DNA of 64,000 nucleotides, taken from contig RSEE01000101.1 of the NCBI GenBank assembly GCA_003971905.1, positions 124,001 through 188,000 on the forward strand, given 5' to 3'. Of this stretch, positions 1 through 11,592 are shown piece by piece (the stretch's first letter is position 1; the number at the start of each line of letters is the position of its first letter). This stretch comes from Moniliella sp. 'wahieum' (taxonomy: Eukaryota). Under the pieces are notes generated by a model. It was not told the DNA's origin and made no database searches. It saw only the letters and a program-made list of their open reading frames with translations. The translations under genes and the position numbers were made by a program.

Positions 1-235
1 GTCAAGGTCCCGTTTGTTGGTGTGTCCGGGGTACAGGTACGACGGATCGCAGGCGATGCGTGGCAGTACCAAGTCCTGGCCAAGCAGATCCTGGATGAAG
101 CTCAGGTACGTTTTTTTCTTTCCTTGTTTTTGGTCTGGTATCTCCCTCTCGTTACTCGTTTCTCGTTACTCGTTTCTCGTTTCTCGTTTCTCGTTTCTCG
201 TTTCTGGAAATACTGACGTGCTAGGGCAGATTTGA
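1..235 (+). CDS. KIN1: 3' end (KA1 domain) of a Kin1/MARK/Par-1-family Ser/Thr kinase; partial; exons <1-105 and 230-235
   Basis: Frame 1 reads VKVPFVGVSGVQVRRIAGDAWQYQVLAKQILDEAQ, matching the fungal KA1 C-terminus pattern (VKVP...GxQF++xGxxWQY+x+xxxILxE). Intron 106-229 has GTACGT donor, TACTGAC branch point and CAG acceptor, followed by ATT TGA. Confidence 0.75.
   Translation, partial: SRSRLLVCPGYRYDGSQAMRGSTKSWPSRSWMKLRYVFFFPCFWSGISLSLLVSRYSFLVSRFSFLVSGNTDVLGQI
148..204. repeat. Intronic 7-bp tandem repeat (CTCGTTT/CTCGTTA), about 8 copies
   Basis: Read directly from the sequence. Confidence 0.9.
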
Positions 236-1832
236 GGTGGCAACTGTTCCCCCGTTCCCGATCGTTCCATCGTCCCCCTCCCAACCACCCCACCTCTTCC
301 CCTTTGCAGCACACCGTTGTAGGTCTGGCTGTGCACTGTGACCCCACTATGACCCTTTTGCGTCCCCGCACGGGGTGTTCCCGTTCACTGTGGTCCTACT
401 CCTCCCTCTGTCCTGTGCTGTGTGCCTTGTGCTGTGTTGTGCTGTGCTGTGCTTGCTGTACAGTGATGTCCTGTGTGCCGCGCCGAGCTGTGCTTTTTGC
501 ATCCACCTATCTCTCTCTATCTCTCCCCCCCCTCTCTCACCATCTCTCTCTCCACCATCTCTCTCCCTCTCCCTCTCTCTCGCTCTCTCTCTCGCTCCAT
601 GCGTGTTTTGCCCTTTGCACTCTGCTTGCGTTCTACTTTGCTTGCCCTCGCTCTACTCTACTGGAATTTCACTTCCACTGGGGCAACATCCCCTCCTCGA
701 CCTCCCGCGCTACCGTCCATGCGTCCCTCAGCCCTCAACGTCCTCAACCCTCAGCGCCCGAGGCCCAGCCCAGGCCTGCAGGGGGGCCCAGTCATCACCT
801 CATCATATCTCATAGCCAGTCATGCGCATATGTCTTGTATCGTAGCTCAACCATACGCAGTTGGAGTAAGTGCTCAACGTAAGCTCAGCCTCGTCAACGT
901 TGCGTCCAACGTTCGACTAAGCCTCAGCGGGGCTGGGATCAGATCTCAGATCAATAATTAATGATCTTGATCAACGACCAACATCGCCCAGATCGATCAG
1001 ATGTGCATATGCATTTGCAAATGCATATGCATATCGTCTTAGACCCGACCAAACTACCTTTTGGCGCCGCTGCCGTCCACAAAACCCACCACCGCCACAT
1101 CTTGAACCACTGCCACTGAGTCCGCCGCCGCTCAGGCTGATCCCTACGCCGGTGACGGGCAGGAAGAGAACAAAGCTTCCCCCAGTCTCCTTTGCGCTCA
1201 CCGTACCGGGCCGGCGCGGAGGGTGCGGTCTGCCCTTATTATCGTTCCATGGCACCTCGAGGGAAGAAGCAGCCGGAGGCCCTGCGTACTCTCAAGTCGT
1301 GCAAAGTAGCCTCAAAGAGAAGTACTGCTGAGTGTCTGAGCGCGCGCTGAGCCCCCGAAGATATGTATGGGCGCTACAAGGGTACTTGCGCCGTCAAGCG
1401 AGACAAGCTTCAAGCTACATTGAAGCTACCGTCGATCTAACCATAGTTGGCCGTGTTACGAAATGGACCAACCACAGCACGTCATCGGCGACTTTCTTTT
1501 TTTTTCACTTCTGCTTGGTTTGTGCACAGCAGGGTACAGCCGCCCGCGCCGTTGGCCCGCACACCTCGTTGCCCCGCCTCCGCTTACCGCTTACCGTTTT
1601 TAGTGTTTACCGCTTACCCCCCAGACTCTCCTTCCCCCACCACTCGCAGCCGATGCGCGCCACGGCCCCGACCCCCGTCACCACCTGCGTGCCTGTACGC
1701 TGTACGTTGCTCCCTCCCGTCCGCTGGTCTCGCCGCTGTGGTTGTGGTCAGGCAGTGGGCTTGCAGTGGTCTTGCTCTTGTTGTTGCTGCGTATCGAGTA
1801 TCAGTGGCTAATCATTCATCGTGCCTCATGGA

Positions 1833-1952
1833 TGTCACATGCCATGCCTCATGGCTCTGCCTGCGCATTCCTTTCGCTTCTCGCTTCTCCTGTCACATGC
1901 CATGCCTCATGGCTCTGCCTGCGCATTCCTTTCGCTTCTCGCTTCTCCTGTC
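1833..1952. repeat. Perfect 58-bp tandem duplication
   Basis: TGTCACATGCCATGCCTCATGGCTCTGCCTGCGCATTCCTTTCGCTTCTCGCTTCTCC occurs at 1833-1890 and 1891-1948, followed by TGTC. Confidence 0.95.
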
Positions 1953-2319
1953 GTTGGCCCAGGCTCGGCCTGTGGGCACACGACGTGGAAAGGCTGTGGG
2001 CTGCACAAGGACCAAGTCATGGACGCAGTGCCCGTCGAGGAGCGGTGCACGTGTCCCCGCCCGTAGCGTAGCCGCGCCGGCGGTGTATGGCATCCATCAT
2101 CAATCCATTGAGAACGCCACCTCCATCGATCGGTGTCAGTACTCAGTAGTCCTAGTGACGCCCTGTGGGGTTTTGCCAGGCCAGGATGACATCAGCAGCA
2201 CGTGACCAGTGTCCGTCTTCAATTGCAGTCAGCCATGGGCTATTTCATGTTTCCATGGAGTGCCGTGGCCGTTCGTCTTCCTGGACGGCCTCGCGTGTGC
2301 CGCAGCCAGCTCGTCGGCG

Positions 2320-3168
2320 ATGAGCGTCTGCACGCTCCTCCGCCCGCGCGCCGTGCGCATGGGGACGAGCGTCGTGGCGTCCTGGCCGTGTGCACGTGTG
2401 TGTGGCTGTGTGCCGCGCGGCGCAGCAGGTGCGTCCTTCCGCTCGCGCACGCTCCACGCCACGCGGCCTTGCACCAAGCCCAAGCCGCGCGCCGAGCCCA
2501 GCGTGGCCGTGGCCCAGCTGCGCGACCAGGCCTCGCGCCTGTCGCACCAGCAAGGATGGCCGTGGGAGCGTCCGTCCGACCTGGACCAGCGGCATGATTT
2601 CCTCGCGTCGTTGGAGGCGGAGGAATGGGACACGCCGGCGCCGCAGGCGCTGATGACCACCAAGGGCATCCGCGTCGGGTACGTGTACTCCTCCGGTCCT
2701 GGTGGGCAGCACGTCAACAAGACCCGGTCCAAGGCGCAGGTAGTCCTGCCGTTATCCACCGCGTCGCTTTCAGCTGATGCGCGTCGTGCTCTGGAAGACA
2801 CGGCGAGCAGCAACGCTCTCCCCAGTTCCACCTTGGCTCGACTTGTGCGTCCCCCCGCATGGCTGCCCGCGACGGTGGTCAAGGCACTTGTGCTGCGGAG
2901 CGGTGCGCACTACGTTGCGTCGTCTCATAGCATTAACTTTGATGCGCAAGACAGTCGGTCGCAGCATGCGAATTTGCGTGTGGCACTTGCGCGTATCCAG
3001 GCGCATCTGCTCCAGGTGGCCAGGGCAGGCTTGCCGTCGCACACGGACGACGAAAAGTTGGTCAAGGTGCACCGTCTGGCCCAGGCGCACAAGAAGCGTA
3101 CCAAGGAGCAAAAAGTACGCAGGGGCGAGAACAAGGCGGCCAAACGCAGTGCTCGCTCGGCCCTGTGA
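2320..3168 (+). CDS. Mitochondrial peptidyl-tRNA hydrolase, RF-1 domain, ICT1/Pth4/ArfB family
   Basis: SSGPGGQHVNKTRSKA (GGQ motif), AQDSRSQHAN motif, basic C-terminal tail (KKRTKEQKVRRGENKAAKR) and an Arg-rich presequence-like N-terminus. Confidence 0.9.
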   Translation: MSVCTLLRPRAVRMGTSVVASWPCARVCGCVPRGAAGASFRSRTLHATRPCTKPKPRAEPSVAVAQLRDQASRLSHQQGWPWERPSDLDQRHDFLASLEAEEWDTPAPQALMTTKGIRVGYVYSSGPGGQHVNKTRSKAQVVLPLSTASLSADARRALEDTASSNALPSSTLARLVRPPAWLPATVVKALVLRSGAHYVASSHSINFDAQDSRSQHANLRVALARIQAHLLQVARAGLPSHTDDEKLVKVHRLAQAHKKRTKEQKVRRGENKAAKRSARSAL

Positions 3169-3730
3169 GCCTGCTGGCCCGGGTACTATAGCAACTTTCT
3201 TCCCCTCCCCTCCCCCTGTCCCCCCGTCCCTCTTCCCCTCCGTTCTCCCGACCTCCATCCATGCACACGTTCAACCTTCAATCATCTACCCTCCATTGCT
3301 CGTCGCATCTAGCTCCCACATTGATGGCCCTTCCGTCGGCACAAAACCCTATTGTCTGTCCATATCATCTCCGATCATCGAGATCCTCATAAGTATAGTC
3401 TGATCCTCGCCCGAAACAGAGACAAGGTGCCCAACGTTTACCTCTACGGGCATCACATGTCACACGACATCATGGTCATCATGATCATCGTGATCATGAC
3501 CAGGGACGGCTACTCGACAATTTTCCATCTTTTCATGCTTTTTGTCCTTTCTCCCAAGGGGGCAGGAACCGGAACCGACACGGTTCGGGGACGCGTGGAC
3601 ACAGGCACCTCTAGATCCCCGAGGAACCACGAGCCGGACATGCATTTCCTCGGTCCGCCTTGGCGAGGGGGAAGGAGGAGTTGGGGGGAGGGGGTCCCGC
3701 ATCCCTCATCCCGCGTCGCCTCGTTCCGTT

Positions 3731-5845
3731 TCACAAGCTCGTAGCAAACGTAAAGAAAGCATCGACCAACTCTTGCAAGTCCTTGGTGACGCGCGCCACA
3801 GCCTCGTCGTAGCTCTCGCCAGGCAACAGTGGTCGATCTTCTCCGTGTAGATTTTGACCTTGGGTTCGGTTCCCGAGGGACGGATGATGATGCGGGGTGC
3901 GTTGAGTGCGATCTCCTCTTTGGACGCGGTAGTTGAGGCGGGGTAAGTGGCATCGGCAAAGTAGAAGCGCAACACATCGTTTTTGGGAATGGTGGTGCGG
4001 TCGGTAGGATTGCTTGGGTTGTTGAGTAAGTCGGAGATGAGGAGCACAGGGTGGCCACCGACGTTGGTGGGCAGTTCCTTGCGCAGCTTGACCATCAGAT
4101 CCCCGCCTTTACTACCCGGTGCCAAATGAATGGTGCGAGGCAAGGTAATGCTCACGCCAAACGAACGGTGCAAGCTCTCCAGCTGATCCCACAACGTCTT
4201 GCCCTCCGTGTCCAACTTGGCTGCAAACTCTGCCAGAGCCACAATCGCCGACAGACCGTCCTTGTCCCATACCATGGGACTCACCATGTAGCCCAGCGCC
4301 TGTTCCGTGTCAGTACACTTCGGTTGCCATCTAGACAGCAGGGAGAAGGGAGAGAGGAGAGGGGAGTGGAGTGGAGGAGAGGGAAAAGAGGGAAGAGGGA
4401 AGAGGGGAGAGGGGACGTACCTCTTCATACGCAAAAGCAAAATGTTCACCACGATCTTGAATGTCCTTAGCCACCGCACCAAGCCACTTGAATCCCGTCA
4501 AGGTTTCCTGGTACTGGGCGCCCCAGTGCCGAGCGATGCGCGCCAAGAGACGCGAAGAGACGACCGTGTTCAGTGCCCAACTACCTGGGGGCGCGGTGGA
4601 AAGGATATGGTACCCAAGCAACGCACCCACCTGGTCGCCCGTCAACTGTACCATCTTTCCACTCTTCTGGCGTGCACAGCAACTCATCCGATCGGCATCG
4701 GGGTCGTTGGCCGCTGCCAGCTGTGCCCCCTGGGCATCCGCCAGCGCAATCACCAGATCCATCGCACCTTTCTCCTCCGGGTCTGAGGCGGGTCAGAAGC
4801 GTTCACAGTATGCAGCAGGTAAAGGAGGGGTGAGGAGGGTGGACGTACTGGGGAAGTTGACGGTGGGGAAGTCACCATCGGGTTCCCTCTGCTCAGGGAC
4901 CGTATACACATGGGGAAATCCAGCGCGCTGAAAGATGGTCTCGGCAAAGGGGGCGCCAACACCATGCAAGGGTGTGTAGGCAATCTTGAGGGTCTCCTTC
5001 CCTGGTCCCGTGGGGTGGGCGACGGTCTCAAAGAGTTGAGTGAGGTAGGCATCAAACATCTCCTTCGAGAGGTAGTGCAACTTTCCCGCCGCCTTGGCCT
5101 CGTCCAGGGACAGACACTTGGGCGATGGCTCAGTTGCTGCGACGTGCGCAATCGCACCAGCAATCAAGCCATCGACGGGAGCATTGATCTGATTGCCGCC
5201 TTGCCAGTACACTTTGTATCCATTGTACTGCGGCGGGTTGTGGGACGCCGTCACCACCACTCCGGCTGCCGCACCAAGATACTTGACCGCAAACGCGCCG
5301 AGAGGTGTCGGGTGCAACGTGTCGTACAGCAGAGCCTTGACCCCGCGCGCCGCCAAGACACCCGCTGTGTCCTCGGCAACTTTGCAAGGGGAAGGGGGGG
5401 GGGGGGGGGTTAGCGTGCATTCTATGCCACATGGTAAGGGTAGGGGAGACGTACACTCTTTGGACATGTGCCGGCCATCGTATGCGATGACCACTCCCTT
5501 GGCCTGGGCATTGGCCGCATTGGCCTCCAACAGATAATCCGCCAGCCCGGCCGACGTTTGGCGGATGACAAGGCGCTGCAGCAGGAATGCGTGTCCATGT
5601 CAGTTGGCGTTGGAGACAAGGGAAGAGGCAAGAGGTATGAAGAAGAAGGGACGTACGTTCATGTTGGCGGGTCCGACGCCCATAAGGCCACGGAGGCCGG
5701 CGGTGCCAAAGGCCATGCGTTCGCAAAAGCCTTGGTGGAGTGCCTGCTGGTCGCCGGTATCGAGGATGCGTTGGAGCTGAGCCTTGGTGGCGGGGTCAAA
5801 GTCGGCGGCGAGCCAGGCGCGGGCAGAGGCCTCGAGGGACGACAT
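3731..5845 (-). CDS. Phospho-sugar mutase (phosphomannomutase/phosphoglucomutase/phosphopentomutase, PGM2-like family); introns 5576-5656, 5380-5454, 4783-4848, 4300-4420
   Basis: FGTAGLRG, catalytic VTASHNP, metal loop NDPDADR, FAYEEALGY, DKDG and IRPSGTEPK motifs. Four GTACGT...AG introns join the ORF pieces. One frameshift near 3830 precedes [29 protein letters not shown]. Confidence 0.93.
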
Positions 5846-6471
5846 GGGGGGCAGAGACAGGAGGTGGTGGAGGGAGAGAAGCGCGTGGGCGTCCACATGC
5901 TCTAACCGCTTCAGCCGCCGGCTTCAGCCCACCTACCCCATCGGTGCATTGCCAGGCCCCGCCAGGGCACACTCGCAGTTCCGCCCTGGGGCGGAAGGAG
6001 ATGGCGGCCCGACGTGGGGCCCCGCAGTGGGCGATGCTCTCAGTACTCAAGCTTCAAGTACGCGAGAGGGGTTAACGTTTAACCCCCCCTCGGTCAACGT
6101 ACTCAACCGTGCACTCGTCCGCTAGTCAGCAGCCGGCTATCCAGCTACGTAGCGTCCAGCGGCCCATCGCTGCCTGGTCGCAAGAAGTGGGGCTTTTGCG
6201 TTTGAGGCTGTACGAGAATAAATGGAGGCATCATCGACATCACCGTGGCTGAGGAAAAATGATCCATGACTGATTGTATCAGAAAAGTCCATCCATCGAT
6301 CAATCATCCAAGATGATCATCATCATCATCATCGTCTGCCAGCGACCTCCCATCGGAAAGATCTCTGCGATCGCATCGTGGGTTTGTCCCCCTCCCACGC
6401 CGGCCTCATGTGCGCCGCGCCCCCGCCTCGGCCCCAGACCCACTCTCTGCGCCATCACCATCACCATCACC

Positions 6472-8598
6472 ATGCCCACGCCCACGCCCACGCCCACGCC
6501 CACGCCCCCGCTCCCATCCCACCCTCCATCTCGCCACCACGCCCGTTCCGATGCTCCCTCCCTCTCCTCCCTCTCCGACGGCCGGGGAAAGCCTCAGCCA
6601 GCACACCCCCAGCCAGCCCCTCCCCTAATCCCTCCCCTGGCCCCTCCCATGATCCCTCATCCCCTAATTCCTCCCCTCGACCCACAATCACCCCGGACCA
6701 ACACCAACACACGAGCCCCCACTGGCTTCAGCTCGAACCCGAGCAAAGCATCCCAGCGAACAACATGCCCGCTGTCTTTTCGCCTTGATGCTCTGTGTCT
6801 TTGCCGCAGCGCTGGACCAGTCCGTCGTCGCCCCTGCACTCCCCACCATTGCAGCCGAGCTGCACGCCACCGCTGCAGACTATTCGTAGGTTGTCTCCCT
6901 CCCCCTCCCCTGTCCCCTTTGGGTTGGGGAAGCAGCAGGACCGACGCTGACCAGAGTCTGGGTTTGGACAGATGGGTAGCTACCGCCTACATGCTGGCCA
7001 CCACCACCCTCAACCCCATGTACGGCCGACTGAGCGATATGATTGGCCGTAAGCCGATCATGTACGGTGGGGTAATCATCTTTCTGCTTGGTAGCGCCCT
7101 TGCGGCCACAGCCCAAACCATTAGCTGGCTCATCGTTGCCCGTGCGGTCCAAGGTCTTGGAGGGGGCGCCATCTCGAGCCTGTCGCAAATCATCCTGGCA
7201 GACATTACCACGCTCGAAAAGCGCGGCAGTTACTCGGGCTTGATTGGCGCGTGTTGGGGCATCGCGAGTGTCGCCGGACCGTTACTGGGCGGTGCGTTGA
7301 CCACCTGGGCGAGCTGGAGGTGGTGCTTTTACATCAACCTACCAATTTGTGGTATTGCCTTGTTCATGCTCGTATTCTTTCTTCGGCTCAACCCCAAGCC
7401 TGTGATGCCTTGGCGCCAGTTCCTACGCGAATTTGACTTTGCCGGTCTTCTTCTCATCAGTGGTGGCGCGGTTCTGTTCCTCATTGGTTTCTCCACTGCC
7501 GAGACAAACGGATGGAACACGGCCGAGACGATCGCGACCATTGTGGTCGGGGCATGTCTCATGATTGTGTTTGCGTTTTGGAATGCCAAGACCACTCGCC
7601 AGCCCATTGTTGCACGCCGCCTCTTCCACACTCGCACCACCGTTCTCGTCCTACTACAAGTGGTCATGCACGGCATCACCTTTATCAACGTAACATACTA
7701 CCTTCCCAACTTTTACCAAGTTGTCACGGGGGCCGACGCGCTCTTGTCAGGTGTGTACGCACTTCCCTTTTTGATCTGCTCCTCCTTCGTCTCAGCGGTG
7801 GCTGGGTACGCCATCACCAAAGTGCGTGCCTACCGATTTATGCTGGGGATCGGGTTTGGTCTGATGACCGTGGGGTTTGCCCTGATGTGCATTTTGACTT
7901 CCACCACGAGCCGGGCGCTGCAAGAAGTATTTCCAGCGATCCTTGGTCTCGGCGTCGGCTGTTTGTACCAAACACCCATCATTGCCCTTTCCGCTGCGAT
8001 GCCAGTGGCCGAGATTGGTTCGACCTTGGCAACAATTTTTGTGCGGGAATTGTCGACGACGATGGGCATCGCGATTGGCGGTGCGATCCTCAATTCCGAC
8101 TGGGTCCGACGCGCCAAGACGATTGCAGGTTTACCGCCCGATGCGCCGGCGCGTGTGCTGGCCGACGTGCATTACCTTCGCACCTTGTCGCCGCCTTCGC
8201 TGGCCCGCAAGGCCCAGTACGAATATAGCCTAGCAGTTCGGCTCATCTGGATTGTGGATACTCCTCTGGTCGTGGCCGGGCTTGTGTCGTGTGCATGGAT
8301 CAAGGGCTACAGTCTTCGACGGGGTCTTTCCTCCGATCCCAACCCGGCCAAAGAAGGCGCTTTCTCTTCGTCCCAGTGTGACGTGCCATCGTCACACGAA
8401 TGCGACCTCAACCCACCCCAACCCCTTGCTTTGCATGCCTCTACCTCGCCTATGAAGGCCAATTCGTTCCCCAGTCCATCCACCCTCTACACCCCGAAAC
8501 TAGTCTCCTCCTCAACACCACCCCCGTCCGCCAAGTGGGACATGGGACCAACACATGGGCAGTCGGTTCAAGACGCCGGCAAGAGCGAGCCCATGTGA
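6472..8598 (+). CDS. MFS drug:H+ antiporter, DHA2 (14-TMS) family; intron 6886-6971; start uncertain
   Basis: AALDQSVVAPALPTI upstream of the intron, then WVATAYML, YGRLSDMIGRK (motif A), RAVQGLGGG, GPLLGG, WRWCFYINLP and many hydrophobic segments. Confidence 0.92.
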   Translation: MPTPTPTPTPTPPLPSHPPSRHHARSDAPSLSSLSDGRGKPQPAHPQPAPPLIPPLAPPMIPHPLIPPLDPQSPRTNTNTRAPTGFSSNPSKASQRTTCPLSFRLDALCLCRSAGPVRRRPCTPHHCSRAARHRCRLFVGCLPPPPLSPLGWGSSRTDADQSLGLDRWVATAYMLATTTLNPMYGRLSDMIGRKPIMYGGVIIFLLGSALAATAQTISWLIVARAVQGLGGGAISSLSQIILADITTLEKRGSYSGLIGACWGIASVAGPLLGGALTTWASWRWCFYINLPICGIALFMLVFFLRLNPKPVMPWRQFLREFDFAGLLLISGGAVLFLIGFSTAETNGWNTAETIATIVVGACLMIVFAFWNAKTTRQPIVARRLFHTRTTVLVLLQVVMHGITFINVTYYLPNFYQVVTGADALLSGVYALPFLICSSFVSAVAGYAITKVRAYRFMLGIGFGLMTVGFALMCILTSTTSRALQEVFPAILGLGVGCLYQTPIIALSAAMPVAEIGSTLATIFVRELSTTMGIAIGGAILNSDWVRRAKTIAGLPPDAPARVLADVHYLRTLSPPSLARKAQYEYSLAVRLIWIVDTPLVVAGLVSCAWIKGYSLRRGLSSDPNPAKEGAFSSSQCDVPSSHECDLNPPQPLALHASTSPMKANSFPSPSTLYTPKLVSSSTPPPSAKWDMGPTHGQSVQDAGKSEPM

Positions 8599-9096
8599 TC
8601 CTGAATGGTTCCTTCGCCTGCCTAGGAAAACAGTAGGATCAGCTCTGCTTGATCAAACGTCCCTGGCCCAGCTCGCGCCCATGATCCACACTACGACATG
8701 TTGTCGTAAGAGCGTCTCTTCGATGACAAGGCGCCATCCTGCATGGCCGTTTTTCTGTATTTTTGTCGCATGCTCTCTTAATCCTGTACCCCCCCCCTTC
8801 CATGCTACGTCCCCTCGTGCCTTTGTTCCGACGGTGGTGCCAGTGGGTGGACGCTGAATAAAAGGACTGGCAATCCATGTGGTCCTGCATCCCCATGTGC
8901 TCCAGCCATCCATCATCACTCCAAAGCCTGCCTCGTTCCATATGTACATCGAGAGGAGTCGAGGGCTGGGTCACGTGATCGACCACGTGCTTGGCGTAGG
9001 CGGTGCAAGCCGACTAGACGGGCCGTGGCGATAAGCGCCTTGGATGGAAGATCGATCGATGGGCTGCCGAGCGACGTGCGGAAGCGTCCCACCACC

Positions 9097-11345
9097 ATGC
9101 GTGTCCTGCGCTGGCTCGCCGCCGGCCTCGCCTCCGCCATCGCCACTGCCCCTGCCCTTGTTGCCGCTGCGCCCCAGCTTGTTTTCCCCGCTACCGACGA
9201 TGTGCCCGCCGCCGCCCCTTTCCCGCTCGGCCGCACCTCCCGCCCCATCCCTGGTCTGACCGCCTTCCACCGCCAGCGCGCCGCCGCGCTAGCCCTTGGC
9301 GTCGACAGCCTTGCTGTCCACCACACTCGTCTCGCGCCTGAAGGTGACGAGCGTCTGGTGGGAGACGAGATTGAGATAGTGCCGCGGCCGGACCGGGCGA
9401 CGCTACGCAAGCTTTATCCTGCCCAGACCTTTACCCAACTGCTTGACCATGCCGATCCTTCCAACGCCGTGACGTTTGAGCAGCGCTACTGGGTCTCGAC
9501 GAAGCACTACAAGCCTCCGTCGCAGCGTCCGCGCGGATCGAAGACGGTGGTGTATGTGCTAGAGGGGGAGGCGAATGGGGAGGACCGACTGCCCTACTTG
9601 GACCATGGTATTCTCGACATTCTCGCCGCCGAGACAAAGGGGATCTCAATCGTGCTTGAACACCGGTACTACGGCACGAGTTACCCGAACCGTAGTGCCA
9701 TCTCTCCTCCTGGTGATACGTGGGACGGATGCCATGCGTTTCCTCAACAACACCCTTGCCTTGGAGGACAGCGCGCGGTTTGCGCGTCTCCAGCTACCTG
9801 GGATCGAGGAAGACATCACTGCTGGGGCTGGCAAGACGCCCTGGATCAGCTATGGCGGTAGCTACCCTGGCCAGCGTAGTGCCCACTTACGTCTCTTGTA
9901 CCCAGACTTGTTTACCGGTGCGATTGCCAGTTCGGCCGTGGTGGCCGCGGTGACCGATTACCATCCTTACTTTTTCCCCATTGCTCGGGGGGCCAAGCAG
10001 GCGTGTGTGCAATCGCTGCAAGCTGCGATTGAAGGGTTTGATCGCGTCGCGTTACCGGCCAGCAAACTTGAAGGATTGCAGGCCAGCGGTTTGCTCTTGA
10101 TCCCCTGACTGGGCACAACGCCAGCTCGGACCGGGAAGCGTTGCTGCGCATCTTTGGTGTTCCCGGGTTGACGAACCTGGTGGATCTGGCCAATGTGATC
10201 ACTTCGCCTCTGGGGTACTTCCAAGGCCTGAACTGGGACCCGGTCGTCAGCTCGGGTCGGTACTGGGATGGGTTCTGCGCTGCCTTGGCGGCCGACACAC
10301 CATCGTCCCGTTCGCTTGCTCAGGACGGGACTGAGTTCGGGCTGCACCTGCCCAAGGAGACTTACCGCCTTGCCGCTTACACTCGCCACCACTATACCGA
10401 TGAGTGCGTTGCGGCGTTCCAGCAAACAAAACAAGACGACCTAAGGTCCGCGGCAGATCAGTGCTTGGCAACGTCGGTTCCTGCTTCGTTGTACGTACCC
10501 GTACCCCCTTTTTGCTCTCGTTGGGATCGGTGGGATCGTTCAGACCAGTGGGATGGATGTAGGGGTACTAACCCAGACTCGCACGCCCAGCCAAGGTCCA
10601 AGTGACTTGAGTGTATGGTGGTCGTGGGGATGGCAAGTGTGCCAGACGCAGGGGTACTTTATGCCTGCGCCGCCCCTGTCGGATTTTGAGACGGGCCGCA
10701 TCTCGGGTCCGAAACTAGTGTCGTCACTTTTGACGCTGGACTATGTTCGGGATATGTGCTCGGTGTATAAAGCGGGCAAAGTATTTGCCTTCGACGCCCA
10801 ACACGACCGAAGTCAATGCGCTGGGTGGATTCGACTTGGGGTGGACAACTTGGCCATCATCGATGGAGAATGTACGTTGCTCTCTCTTGCTGTGCTAGGG
10901 GAACACTGGCGTAGGCTCTACGGCCCTCGCGCCCTGGTTCGCGCCTTACCGCCCCTCACTCGGGACCGGAAAACGAGACCAAGTTATCTCTACCACTCTC
11001 TTAGCGCCTGATTTGCTGACTCACTGATTTGCTGGTTTGCTGCTTTGCGTTTATGCTTTTTACTTCTTTGCCGAATCCCCTTATTTGCACTTGTGCGTGG
11101 GGCGGTACAGTCGACCCATGGCGCCCAGCCACAGCTCACTCGGACGAATACGCCTTTGGGGGCTGCGCTCCGACACGCTCGATCGACCATTCAAGTTGAT
11201 CCCCTCGTGCTGGCAACTGTGACGAGAACAGTCTCCCCGCGCGTACCGGCACAAGGAACCGGCCCGCATTCGTCAAATCCATGCGGAACAGATTGAATTT
11301 GTCCGGCACTGGCTTACCAAGTCCAAGGCGTCAGCAGCCAACTAA
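9097..11345 (+). CDS. Secreted/vacuolar serine peptidase, family S28; probable introns 10491-10590 and 10872-11110; several frameshifts
   Basis: Signal-peptide-like N-terminus; FTQLLDH, TFEQRYWV, LEHRYYGTS, nucleophile GGSYPG, AIASSAVV, WGWQVC and GE/FDPW motifs; ends IEFVRHWLTKSKASAAN*. Confidence 0.9.
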
Positions 11346-11558
11346 CGTCGCAGTTGCCGTTTCGCAACGTCGTCGTTCCCCTGTTTCTCCTCGGGACGTA
11401 TGTGGGCGGACTGGATCAGCTAGAGCGAAGGGGGGAGAGGTCGAACCTGACCGGCAGACCCCTATAAGATCCTCGCCCAGGCATCAACTTTCCATGTGAC
11501 TGCGTCTCCGTGGTGCACATCTAGGTAGCGACTTTTTGGGCGGGACAGAACTACAATG

Positions 11559-11592
<34 letters not shown>

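Noticed and set aside
232..961. ORFs over CT-rich and other microsatellite tracts (also 12218-13105 and 14141-16009)
   Set aside because: Low-complexity or stop-poor GC-rich sequence with no coding signature.
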